Shown: positions 52,571 to 64,000 of the stretch, piece after piece
Numbering within the stretch: the stretch's first letter is position 1
Layout of the letters: every line of letters starts with the position of its first letter
Assembly (NCBI GenBank): GCA_001949185.1
Contig: BDGG01000013.1
Span: 1,003,226-1,067,225 of the forward strand
Origin: Ramazzottius varieornatus
Taxonomy: Eukaryota > Animalia > Tardigrada
DNA: 64,000 nt
Reading direction: 5' to 3'
The notes under the pieces: model-generated
What the model was told of the DNA's origin: nothing
Database searches by the model: none
Seen by the model: only the letters and a program-made list of their open reading frames with translations
Translations under genes and position numbers: made by a program

Positions 52571-55500
52571 ATGTACAGTACGCGTGCAAACATGCGTGTG
52601 TCGAAATCTTTTCTCTTGGTTTTTTCTTACATCTGTATGTTCTGCGTTGTTTTTGCGATTGGGTTCAAGCAAGTGATTCTTTTGACCGTCCATGTTGGCG
52701 CAAACCCGACGTATGGGTTCTACGCTGCTGCGCCGGTGTATACGGTGGCTATAGGAGTAATTCGCAAACAGTACCCGAAAATCCTGGGCAATATCACCCA
52801 CTTACCGATCTATCTCCCTGGATATGACTTATGCCAAGACGGTGGCGACCATGTCGGTGAATTTTTTGCCGACTTTTATCTGCGACGTTTTGCCGTTGTG
52901 GATAGAAAGGATATCTACATTTTTCTCGCCAGTCCAGGTACTGTAATATTACCAGAAACCACAAAATATACTGGCTTTAGAATTTCAACTTCCCGAACCA
53001 ACCAAGATATTCATTTTTCAGAATGCACGAACCAGGCGCTCGCTCTGGGAGACCTTTCACGAGGTAAGTGTACCTCGTGGCTTCTTTAAATTTCCTTAGA
53101 ATTGTGGCGGTATTAATAAGATTCTTTCCCAGAGCTTGATCTGCCATTTCTAGTCAGGTGAGCCTTCGACCTATGATGAATCTTCGATAACACCAGTCTG
53201 TTCCCCGATTGATCATTCTGCGAATAAAAGGATTAAATTTACAAGTCTGTGTATTGCAGTACTGGTGGAGATTCGAAACTGACAAACAGAAAGCGATACC
53301 CGACAATGACGATCACCTCACCCCTGGCCGGTGCGGACGTGCTGGCAGCCATTCCGGCCTTCCTGCAGAAGTTTAATTGGCGGACCCTGTCCTTAATGTG
53401 CGACTTCATGAGTCAATCTCCAGGACTATCCAACTTCTACTTTACTCGGTGCAACGAAATCCGGCGGTACCTGATTGCCCACCATTACGACCACTTCTAC
53501 CTCCAGTTCGACTCCACAAAAGAACGAGCGTCCACGGGCTACCTCGAAGAACTCAGAAACCGCAGCCGAAGTAAGGATCGTATGCCCAACAGTCGAAATT
53601 CTATTGCGAATTGCGACTTCTATTCTGATGAATGTCTTGTCTCTAGTTTTCCTCATTTTGACGACACCGATATTTCTGCGGAAACTAATGGTAATGAATT
53701 TTGGTCTTTGACAAAACCGCTTTGATATCTAGCTGTTGACGCACTTTTTTCACAGCAGAACTTTTGTTTTTTCGTTTTTTTCAGATCGAAGGCTCTAGGT
53801 TAGGCATGACGAAGGGCGATTTTGTAAGCGGTAGCATTACCTGATGGTTTAACCCAGTAGGCCTACGCGTACCGACAAAACTGTAAAGGTTCCTGACTTT
53901 CCGCTCAGTATTCTTGGTTTAATTTCAGGTTTTTGTAACCGTCCAGTCTACGCGGAGACCCGGTATACAGGACGTTACTTGGAAGCAATCTGACGATGAG
54001 CAAAACAATCAGGTACGGTTAACTGCCTTATCAGTTAAATCCCCTCGGAACTATTTCCGTATGCAGTCTCCAAGTTACTTGAATTTTATTCCAAATTGAC
54101 TGGAAGGACACCAACCCAAATTCCAGATAGCGCGTCGAGCATATCGGTCTTTGATCGTTCTGACGGGCGTATCACCGACGTGGAAACTGATCAAAAACCT
54201 CACAAAGAGCATCGCCAGGACCGCCACGGCACTCTACAACTTCACGTATTCTCCAGAGGACGAGGTGCGACAGGACAGACTTTCGGCATTATTCTGCTTT
54301 GTCGATCTCGTGACATTCGACCGAAAAATCGAAAAACTTTCTCCAGGAAAATGATATGCAGATCTGCCTCTACGAAGCCGTGCTGATGTTTGCTCAGGTT
54401 AGTTGGTACCTGTTGCAACCGTATCTGCGATGGTGTATTGTGTGAGGCTCGCAGTTACCGTACACACTTTCACCCCCGAAACTGTGATGTATGACTGTAT
54501 GAGCATCACAAATTCGGTCAACTGTACCTGCGATGTGGCGCACTTACCATGTTTTCAGCAGCATAACATGCGCCATCGGATCGTCTAAGTGCGAACATCA
54601 CAGTTTGTTTACTCGCAGTTTGGTATAGTATGTTTTCGCTGGCTGCAATCCGCGTCCGCAACAGACGGCATCCGAAAGAGCGACAGAGGGGTCACACATC
54701 ACTCTTCCACTGAGCCAAGAAGTTTGACTGCGTGAAATCTTGGAGGAAATACAGTAGTTGGGTACTGGGCAGAGTTTCTCAACCCTCTGGAGTTACGGCA
54801 TAGAGGTACGGTCGACGTTATCTGCTCGAGGGCTGGAGTAAACCAACGGAAGGGGTTGGGGCTGCAGCGTAAAAGCCTAGGTTGGTCATTTGAAACCCAA
54901 ACGCCCCGTGTGCCCTCCCTTGCTCCTTTCAGTTTTGATTAGCTGTGCCTCTTTGCCATGACCCCAGAGGGCTGAGGAACTCTGCCCGGTACCCAGTTGT
55001 GTAGCACCCACCGAGTGTTCTGCAGGTGTTCGCCGAAAATTATGCCGTCTTGCTTTCCGGTTTGGCCACCACATCCTTCATGACCAAGTTCGCGAACCGT
55101 ACATTCTCGTTCGCGGAACGGAATTACACGACCGACAGCACTGGTTCGAAAATCAACCCGGTTGTCGTGTTGCGTCTAGACCCCATGACTGAAGCGATGG
55201 CGGTAAGTCTCTTCCAAGATCGGGCTGCCGTTTATGGGTATTCACGTGTTCGTTCTGTTTCAGCAAGCGATGGTATTCGATCATCTGTCGGAAGAGTTCC
55301 AGCACATCCGAAACGACCTGTGGTACTGGGTCAACCGAAGTAGTCCGCCACCTGATCGACCTCCCTGTGGGTACTCCAACGATCAATGCGAGACGTCGGG
55401 TGTCGGTAAGGTCATCGCAAGTGCAATTTGCCCAGAACATTGTTAGCGACAAAATAACGTTTCTTGCGTTTAACAGGCCAAGGAATCGTTATCGGTCTTC

Positions 55501-55711
55501 TGATCACATTCATCCTGCTGCTCTTGTTGGCTGCAGGCATCACACTGTATCTGTAAGTCCTGATCCGATCTTTCTCCCCATGATACGATCCGATGGAGGC
55601 ACAAAGACTTTGACTGTTCGGATCAGGTATCTTCGAAGACGCAAGGATATGTGGACCTTATGGTGGCTCCTTTCTCTGACCGAAGCATTGCCGCATGAAA
55701 AAGATAAGTAG
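52571..55711 (+). CDS. Single-pass ANF-receptor (natriuretic peptide receptor / receptor guanylyl cyclase ectodomain)-like protein without cytoplasmic catalytic domains
   Basis: Signal peptide; KLTNRKRYPTM, FLQKFNWRTLSLM, GMTKGDFV, DLYEAVLMFAQV, WVNRSSPPPDRPPCGYSNDQC; TM GIVIGLLITFILLLLLAAGITL; then RRRKDMWTLWWLL...KDK*; about 13 exons. Confidence 0.8.
54752..55001. mobile_element. MITE with TA flanks in a receptor intron, family of 15786-16019
   Basis: gggtactgggcagagtttctcaaccctctggagttacggcatagaggtac pairs with gtgcctctttgccatgaccccagagggctgaggaactctgcccggtaccc. Confidence 0.75.
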
Positions 55712-56917
55712 AGTATACCACATTAGAGGATCCTGGGTTTTAGTAGCTGTATATACTGCGAGTCTACTAAATTGCACACATGTGCACGTCGAGTTCGACA
55801 ATCAATGGAAGTTTCACTCGATCGCTTGATGAAATCTGCGTTGAACGTTTCTTCAAATGATTGCTAGATCTTCTGGATTTTTCGTTTGTTCGGTTGATTG
55901 TTTGTTTGACTTTTAGTTTTCGATAACCAGACGACCGAGTTCCACCCGGATTGATGATCACATTCTGGTGGACCGGATTGATGGTTGGTACGACCGACTC
56001 GGTTCGGTCGAAAGATCGGCCAAGTGGATGGCCGACTGACAGAATGTCATGTCAGTTGCTAATTTGACGTGACAGTCTGCCAGTTAGCCGCGTGATGTGA
56101 GGATACTTTTCGACAGGTCATGTTTGAGCCCATTGCTGTCTGATCTACCAGTTCAGCTGCGTCTCCCAACCACCTTTCCCAAACCTAGAACGTGTCCTAC
56201 CTATTCCCCATCCCCTTCAGTTCGGCTGGATACTGGCACTATTGTGGTGTTCAAGTATTGCCTGTAAACGAAAGGATTTCTTTCTGACGGAATATTCAGA
56301 ATGGTATTGCCATACAAAGGGGCTCATTAGCGCTTTCAAGCAAGCACCATGTCTTGAAACAGATTTCTTTAGTTGAGCAAGACAGCTCTGCTTTCGCTGC
56401 CACCACAGGCGGCGAATGCTTTTTCACCCGACTAAGGTTGGAACCTTTGGACTCTCACAAGAGTATTTTTAACATTACACAAGAAAAAAGGAAAAACAAC
56501 AAGCTTGTCAAAAGCGTTCGAATAATTTCTGCCCGCCGTTTTGTCCAGACTGATCAGCTAGCTGAGCTATCTTACCAGTACCAAGCGGTCTCAAGCATCC
56601 GGAATGTAGGAGCTGCACACCAACGGCAGCGATATCCAGCGCTGCACAGTCTGCTCGGTAATCGGAATCAGCGTCCAAAACTTTCGCGTCAGTATCTTTT
56701 AATATTTGGAGGGGGTCCGCTAACATTAGAACAACGGACAGGCTCAGGACGGTGGCAAGAAGGGTGGAAGAGATCCGCCCATGGTACGCCGATTTGGTCG
56801 GCCACGTCGTTCAACGACAGGGACATTGAACATTTGACCTAAAGCGCATTGCGGCAGGGAGAGCCATCGGGATCGAAGCACAGGCGCAGCGCACATATTG
56901 GATACTGCAGACTATAA

Positions 56918-57761
56918 GGCCGTGTTCGTTTTCTCGACTGGGTCGTTGTGAGTGACGAGGTCGTTATGAAGAAGAACGTAGACTTTGTGAACACGCAGAA
57001 AATCTACTTGGTGTGGTAGACGAAACCATGAGCAACCACGTAGTGACTTACTTGATTTTGATCAACTAGCGTTCGAGAATGAACTATTGGCAACTGGGTT
57101 AGCTATCCCGTGACTGTCGTAATTTGAGAACTCGCTCGGCGTTTTTGGTGGAAGTTCGAAGACTTCTCTAGCTGTATTGTTTACATTATATGGAGAAGCC
57201 GCTGCGGGCGATGAGAAAATTGGGAAGGTCTTAGGAGCTGCTGAGCGGTGAGAAGCCAGTTTTCGAGAACGACATGGTGGAGCAGCATGGGAACTATTTC
57301 CTGCAGGATGAGTTGAGATGTACCTGTTTCATCCACGGTCCACCTCTCACTTTCCTCACACCAAACGAAGCCAGTAACTGTATTCTGACAGTGGAAAGTT
57401 TTCAGGGAGTAGCCAGTGATAGAAAGAGAATTTATGTTCAAAATGTTTGATGTCGCAGCCGGAAGCTGGGTTGAAAGTTACTAGCCTCTTTTGGATAGTA
57501 GCTGTGGTAAGCGCTTTAACATGGGATTGGTTGGCTACGCTGGTTGCTGGCCCTGATGCGTTCACAAAGTCGACGTAGTTGACGACGAGGTTAGGTGAAA
57601 CGTGGTTGAAATGACTCATCTCATAATGTTTCGACTTTGTGAACGATTTTTGGGTTGTTATGAGCTACCGACCTCTGGGTTGGAAATAATCGCTTTCATG
57701 AACGCAGGTTCATCATAATCTTCAACACGACCTAGCAGCCTACCACTAGATAAACACGGCC
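56918..57761. mobile_element. Non-autonomous PIF/Harbinger-like element
   Basis: TAA|GGCCGTGTT ... AACACGGCC|TAA: 3-bp TAA duplication and GGC-starting TIR; subterminal gactttgtgaac repeats. Confidence 0.7.
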
Positions 57762-58700
57762 TAAGTTGCCACCTCCGCGTCGCTGTCTAACTGTAGTAAC
57801 GGCTCGCTGCGCTCCTTGTGTGACCGGTAAATAGTAACTATTGGGTGCGGAAGTATGACCTGTTACTCCTAGAGACACATCAACTTTAAAACTTCATAGT
57901 GACACTCCCTCTTGTTCTTTTGTCTTGAAATATTTTTCCAGTCGCTCTGTCAACTCCAAGCTATCGTTTGTCGTTCACTAACCCAAATTTGTCAGCTTCG
58001 AGGTAGGGCAGGAATGACTTTGTCTAAATCATAGACAGCCAAAAGTTTGGGCGATTCGAGTGTTTGACTTTTCTCAAGGCGTTAACGAATCCCAAACAGG
58101 CGCTGAGATATGCTTCGTTTCTCGTAATGAAGTAGCTGACAGTTGAACCAGAAGAGGTTGCGTACGTCTTCTCCGCTTTGGAAATTTCTGGGTCGGAAGT
58201 CACCCCTGCGGAAGACCGAAACTGAAGATGGACAAATGCCGCATGTTGAATTCGACCCTTCCCGAGTTCTTCTAAAATCCACAAGAGAGCGTGAAGTGTC
58301 TTCCTGCATCCTTGCTGGAAGTTTAGACGAAACGGGAAGGCAAACAAAATCAAGGAGTTTGATGGCCCGCTTACTTCGCGCACCGCACGATGAACGCAAC
58401 TTTTGCCTTTCCGTACTCTCCCGTTTCTGAATTAGAGCGAACTGATCCTCAGATTGCATTGTTTCTAGTTACAAGGACTGGGTTCTGTAGGACGTTTTCA
58501 AGCAAAAATTAGAATGCTTCGAGCAGCGGAATCACCGCAGAAAATTTCGGATCGTGCGCGGCACCAAAGGAAAATTAAGGTTACTGTCTGGTTGCTATCT
58601 TACAGTTTAAACCGTCATTAAATCCTTCCGCCCGGCTTAACGATAGCTGCAGACTAAACATCTCTGGAACGGGAAAGAATGATGAAAAAACTTGCGGTTA

Positions 58701-59220
58701 TAGTAGGTTCGGCGAAGCCGAAATAAGCCGTTTTAGCCGTTCTTAGCCGCGGCTAAAAATACTTTAGCAGCTAAAATATTTTTAGCCACGGCTAAAACAT
58801 GAAATACAATGCGACATTTGGAAGCCATCATATAGAACCTCAGACCATGATCCGAAAGTCCAGGAAAGCGATGTCCATTCTGGGTCAAATTTCACCGCGA
58901 TGCAAATGCTCGGACACTCAGGTGGGGTACTTGTAACATGAACTCTGGTTCCTTCGCGGTGAATTTGCCCCAGAATAGCACAAACTGCATAAAATGGAAC
59001 CCCTGAACCCTCAACCCTCCAAACCCCTCAACCTACCATACTCCGCAAATTGGTTTTTTGTTGGAGTCAGGATCAGACCACGCTTTCCTGGACTTACACA
59101 TCACAATCCAAGGTTCTAACTGATGGCTCCGGAATGTCGCAATGTATTTCATGTTTCGGCTGCGGCTAAGAACGGCTAAGAACGGCTAAAACGGCTTATT
59201 TAGCTTTACCGAGCATACTA
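58701..59220. mobile_element. Foldback-type element with inverted arms of about 150-170 bp containing tandem TTAGCCG units
   Basis: aataagccgttttagccgttcttagccgc...aacatgaaatacaatgcgacatt...aagtccaggaaagcg is mirrored at 59080-59220; TA flanks. Confidence 0.85.
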
Positions 59221-59852
59221 TATTTGCCGTTGACTAAACGAAATCATTCGGTCGACTCAAAGCACTACTAGCGCAAGTCAGCTCTAGAGTGCACATCGAA
59301 CAAAACGCTTCTGCAAAACTGCAGGAAGTAGAACTGGAAGCTCTCCGTCGCACATCAGGAAGAAGGGTCTTGATACCAAAGGATTATCACTACGTCGAAA
59401 AATTGCAACACCTCTAGCGAGAAAGAACAATTTCGTTCGCAGGGGCTGCCAGAAATGGCTACCGAGAGTTTGTCGTTTCTCTTCCCCAATGCTCCTACAA
59501 GAAAGGCATGAACGCGATGCCGAAAAAAAGACCGAAGGACCTTGCTGGTATGGGTGGCTAAGCCGATCAGAAGTTCCGAGGTTCGAAGTCAGGAAAGTTT
59601 TCGAAAATTTTCGTCGCAGGAGTAAGTCCTACTTCCGCATCTAACACCATTCGCTTTCCGGAGCTGCTCGACTATTCCCATATCTGATCAGCTGCTTCGC
59701 TTATGCGTGACGTTGCAGCTCATTTTACCCACAGTAGGACTTTCTTCCGGCGGTGGCAACTCAGTCTGTGTACTAACCGTACTACTAATGTAATGCTCCT
59801 TAAACGTCTCGGAAAAAACGTACGCGTGAAAATTATCCGCAAGTAAAGCAAT

Positions 59853-59997
59853 ACTGTAATGCTTCATGAACTTGGCGAAGTGAGTCATCATACGCGTGCA
59901 GCTGAACCCTGGTTCGGAAAGTTTGCCCTACCAATCCCCTAAGGGATGTTTCGCGCGTATGATGGCTCACTTCGTCAAGTTCATGAAGCATTACAGT
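59853..59997. repeat. Near-perfect hairpin (arms about 45 bp), MITE-like
   Basis: actgtaatgcttcatgaacttggcgaagtgagtcatcatacgcg and cgcgtatgatggctcacttcgtcaagttcatgaagcattacagt. Confidence 0.8.
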
Positions 59998-60886
59998 GTG
60001 AGATTTCGAACTGCGCTAATTATTTGATAGTCTGTGGTGAACTTTCGCTGTTATGCATTTGGTGGGAAGAATTAGAAAGCGGAGGAGGTACGGAGACGAA
60101 GAAGCGAAGCGCGCTGTTGAGTCTTTCCAGAACTCTGAAAAACTTTTGAACAAGTCTTCAAAGGAACACAGGATTCCAGAGTCTACGCTCCGAGGATGGA
60201 TGTAAGTTTTTTTCATTCTCTGGCTCAACATTTAACGTTACAAGGGTTTCTTCTTTTAGACAAAACCAGCCAGCAAAGATCAAAGGTATCCGAAATATTA
60301 AGTATCAAAACCACTCTACATACTAGCTGACGACAATGGTTTTAACTGCACTTTTGAATTTAGAGGAAGACGGGCGATCTGCCAGCAAGATTTTCCAGCG
60401 ATAGCGGGTATACGATAGATTATAGATTGGCCAGACTGCGTAAAACTAGTTCCCGACGGGCAAAGTTTACGCGTATGATGACGTGCTTCGCGAAGTTCAA
60501 GAAGCATCACAGTACTAATGTGGTTCCTGCCCGATTCGGACCTCATTCACCCGCTAAGCCAGTATTACCACTTGACAGCGGTGCCGCGGCAAACAGAACT
60601 TCTGGAAAACTCCATGATGTTGACTTTTACACCTTTCATGTCCTGTGGCAACGGGATTCAGTAAAGTTGACACCTTATTCTAGAGCTAGATAGTGGTTTT
60701 GACCACTGGGAAGGCCGAGCAAAGGAGGCAAAGAACTATAGGCCACACATTTGTCTTCAGTACAGAGTTTGCGATAGGTGAAAACTCGAAGAATCTAATC
60801 GTCCATTGATATCTCGATAGACTTGAAAGGGCCTCGCTTCGCTCGGCCTGAAAATTCCTGTTAGAGTTTGACAACAACTTTCAACT

Positions 60887-61720
60887 CTATTTAATTTCTA
60901 CGTGATCCCCCATCCTCTCCAGCATCGTTTCCACTCTAGGTTTCCAGGCGTCAAGTGTTCTACAAATCACGGCAAGATCGAAAGTGTCACAAACTTCCTC
61001 AACAATACGGCTCAACCCGTTTACAGTGGTCGCCTTCCTATGATTCAGAATTTTTTCGAGAAATCCGTTTATTCCGCAATCGAACGGCGGTAAGTCAGGC
61101 GAGTCAGCCATCCAATGGGCTTCATAAATATACTTGGGATGATACTCATTCAGCCATCTCTTGGTCAGGATAGCGACATGAGACTTCGCATTGTCGAAAT
61201 GGATCGAGACGTTCTTTGCTTGATTCCCGTACAGTCTAGGGAGATCCTCTTTCACCATTCTCTTCAGGAAATTTTCAATGAAGTATGCAGCTGTCACTTT
61301 CGCCGAACCGTCCACACAATACGCGCGCGACATGCCATTCCAACAAATCCCAACGGCGACCATGCTTTTTTTAGGCCAGTGCTTCAGAAGCTTCTTCGAT
61401 TCGTCCGGAATTACCATACCTTCGCCAGTGTAGTAGATGTCTTTCGTCGAGTTGAAATCGTCAAGAGTAATCCATGTTTCGTCCATTGCGAAAATCATTT
61501 GGCTCTTAAACTTACCGAGATAGGTGCTGAGGATTTTTCCCCGCTCGTACCGTTGTTCCTTTTGAGCATCTGTCAAGTGGTGCACCTTCGTCTTCTTCCT
61601 GACTTCCAGATCGAGATTCTAATGGACAATCCGGTTCACAGATGTTTGGGACAGTCCTAGCTTCCTGCCGATTTTTCTTTAAGATTCCGGTGTTATCTTA
61701 AGGATGGATTTCTTGACTTT
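60887..61720 (-). pseudogene. Defective Tc1/mariner-superfamily transposase, DD37D (maT-type)
   Basis: MDETW, HFDNAKSH, WMADSPDLPPFD with 37 residues between the 2nd and 3rd Asp; upstream HTH RKIGRKLGLSQTSVNRIV flanked by two in-frame stops; 5' end abuts the hairpin element at 61725. Confidence 0.88.
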
Positions 61721-61724
61721 GGCG

Positions 61725-61911
61725 GTGAGTGTAAAACTAAACGGTGTCACCTTTGCTGAATCATACTGTACTGAGGCAGTATGGCCAATATGCAAGTATG
61801 ATTTATAGTATGATTTCAAGTGTGTACAAGTATGATTTACTTGTACATTGGCCAAACTACCTCAGTACAGTATGATTCAGCAAAGTTGATACCGTTTAGT
61901 TTTTCACTCAC
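61725..61911. mobile_element. Hairpin MITE (arms about 65-75 bp) abutting or truncating the transposase 5' region
   Basis: gtgagtgtaaaactaaacggtgtcacctttgctgaatcatactgtactgagg pairs with cctcagtacagtatgattcagcaaagttgataccgtttagtttttcactcac. Confidence 0.85.
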
Positions 61912-62339
61912 GAAAAATTCAATTTGTTAGATTTCGGCTTAATTTCTTCTGACTCCATTCTTTCCTACGTTTTCTGAAAACTGTCACTTTGACGTCGTTA
62001 CAAGAATGCCTCGCGAACTGTACTCATAACTGCACGCTTAAACACGGCTTTCATAACTGACGAAACATTGAAAATTTTCACATCAACTGCGGGCGTAACT
62101 GGAGCTTTGGGAACAAACGAAACTGCAGCATTAGCCTTGGCTTTACAACAGACACTGTATCTTTAACTGCAGCTTTAACCACTTTGGTGATTTCACTTCA
62201 CGTTTAACTTTGACTATTGTCACCAAGTAGAATTTGGTTGCTGACCCGATTCAGCTTTCAGAATCAAAACGGAAAATCCCTCATACCTTGGTTTCGGCAG
62301 CCGAATTTTCGGTACATTATTGTTCGTACCAAAGGACCC

Positions 62340-62570
62340 TTTTCTGACATGGAACTTGAGCGAATATTCAGGGGCATCGGATGGTGGCTTTGCTGTACCT
62401 CGCCGTGGCTCAAAGTCTCAAAAAACTGTTCGCCCTTTTGAGACGATACTGCAGGAAACTTCAGGGGCGATTAACATCCAAAACACCCCAGCTTGGGGTT
62501 TGGTGTCAAAACGATTGTGTGTGTAGTCTTGCGCTGTATGACGTCATTTTGATGTCAAATGTTTTCAAAA
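62340..62570 (+). repeat. Dispersed repeat homologous to the interior of 46941-47443
   Basis: Shared aggggcatcg...gtacctcgccgtgg.tcaaagtctc...tgttcgccctt...aaacttcagggg...tatgacgtcat. Confidence 0.75.
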
Positions 62571-62690
62571 AAAATTGGATGTTTTCAAAAAAAATTTTCT
62601 GCGCTGCTTAAATATCATATCAACCTCTCTGATAGTACATGCAAAAGAACGATAAGCTATAAAAATTGATGGACAAAATATGAATGAATA

Positions 62691-64000
62691 CTATATGGGT
62701 CTTTCGTCGGCTCTCAAACGCTTGATTTCATGCTCGGCAATCAAAACATCCGCAAGCGCGAGATGGTTTTTCTTGCTGAAAACAAGCAATTCAAATTTTC
62801 TTTTCGACACGCACCTTTGACCCGAGACGTCTGGGATACCGGTACCTGTGGTAATAATAAAACGCCGCACACAAGCAGAGAGACGCTGCTGACAAAACGG
62901 TTGTTAGCGCGGCAACCTCTGTACTGCTCAGCAAGGAAAGTCCTGGAATGAATGAGGTACCATGTTATTTCCAGCCCGGTGTGGTGAGTAGGCGGGATGA
63001 CTTCCTACGTACCTCCCGCGCAGGGTCCTCGATTACCATGATACCCGCAGATGGGTTCATTCAGCGGAACGGCGTTCGATGAGTTGACCGGTCCTCCCCA
63101 GTCGATCTCGCCCAGCTTTAGCACCGTCTTCGGCCTTGTGAACTGAAGCTGTAATGCGGGCTACAACAACTGACATAGTATAATTTTCGAACCACCCTAA
63201 GACTTAGGAAGCAGAGTTGTACCTTAAATTTTCCAGTTGCTGGATCCATGTCAAATAGCTCCTCTTGGATCAGCCGTTGCCCAAATTCATCTAGAGCCAC
63301 CTCTGCGAAGCCCAGGTCAAACCGGCGATTCAGAAGCTTCTCTGCCAGCTCTCTTCCACCAAAGGATCGGTACGAATCGTTTTCCCGCAGAGTTTCCTCC
63401 AAAACTTGTCCCAGAATCAGGAAAGACTCCATGACGGAAGACAGCTGAGGAATAGGCTGAAAAGACACCACGTTAGCTACAGTAACACGTAAGTCAGGGC
63501 GGAGTCAAGGTGTCTTTATACTGTACACCAACCGGATCTAGTGCTGGAAACGACAGGTTCAGTGCAGTAACGTAGCCTGTTGATAAGTTCTTAATCGAGG
63601 TCCAGCAGGGCAAGGCGTAGACGGAAACATCAGGGCTGACGATCATAGCTGAACGGTATGCTTCCCTGGCTAAAGTATCGTTTTCATCCCCGTACTGCCA
63701 TATAGCGGGATCCCCAAGAGATTTTGTTTTATAGACGGTGAAACCAATGTAGACCTGGAAGCCCAGAAATCCGAGGCTGCAAACAGTGCAATGACAAACA
63801 TATTCCTAGTACGTCAACGTTCTTACATATTCGCCAGTGCATAGTCCAAGAAGCTTTGCCTGGATCTGTAAGAGTTGTAAGGATTAACAGACAGATCCAC
63901 AAATGAGAAGAATGTACTGTTGAAGAAGCATCTTGGTGCGGGAATTACGAAGACCGACGGGCTAATACCCTTTGTCCTGCACCACATTCAACCGCGGAGC
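62691..64000 (-). CDS. Second ANF-receptor-like single-pass protein lacking kinase-homology and cyclase domains; 5' part lies outside the window
   Basis: WQYGDENDTLAREAYRS; ESFLILGQVLEETL...GGRELAEKLLNRRF...LDEFGQR; IDWGG...PLNEPICGYHGNRGPC; TM VAALTTVLSAASLCLCAAFYYY; last exon ...RADERPI* (TAG 62691-62693). Confidence 0.78.

Noticed and set aside
54533-54578. gtggcgcac-N24-atgcgccat as a 15th palindrome copy
   Set aside because: Lies at the end of a different repeat (family of 29660/31141) and lacks the CAA/TTG flanks and the spacer consensus

Overview
Eukaryotic (animal) genomic DNA with compact GT-AG introns. The intron sizes, moderate GC content and ANF-receptor-like genes suggest a small invertebrate genome, most plausibly a tardigrade; this is an inference and was not verified. 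Spliced genes recognised: an RGG/RRM/acidic nucleolin-like protein (+), an AIP3-domain SRCIN1/KIAA1217-like protein (-), a PH+OSBP oxysterol-binding protein (-), syntaxin-5 (+), LRRFIP-like (+), protoporphyrinogen oxidase (+), a secreted orphan (-), and two single-pass ANF-receptor-like genes with no kinase-homology or cyclase domain. Also present are a Cys-rich unprocessed pseudogene, a dead DD37D (maT-type) transposase and about ten MITE/foldback families. The most striking unexplained signal is a dispersed palindromic element, (CAA)GTGGCGCAC-N25-GTGCGCCAC(TTG). It occurs 14 times, 13 of them in introns of four conserved genes. Arms and spacer length are conserved while the spacer sequence drifts, and copies form 74-79 bp tandem units, often in opposite orientations. 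Exon boundaries were read by eye and are approximate.
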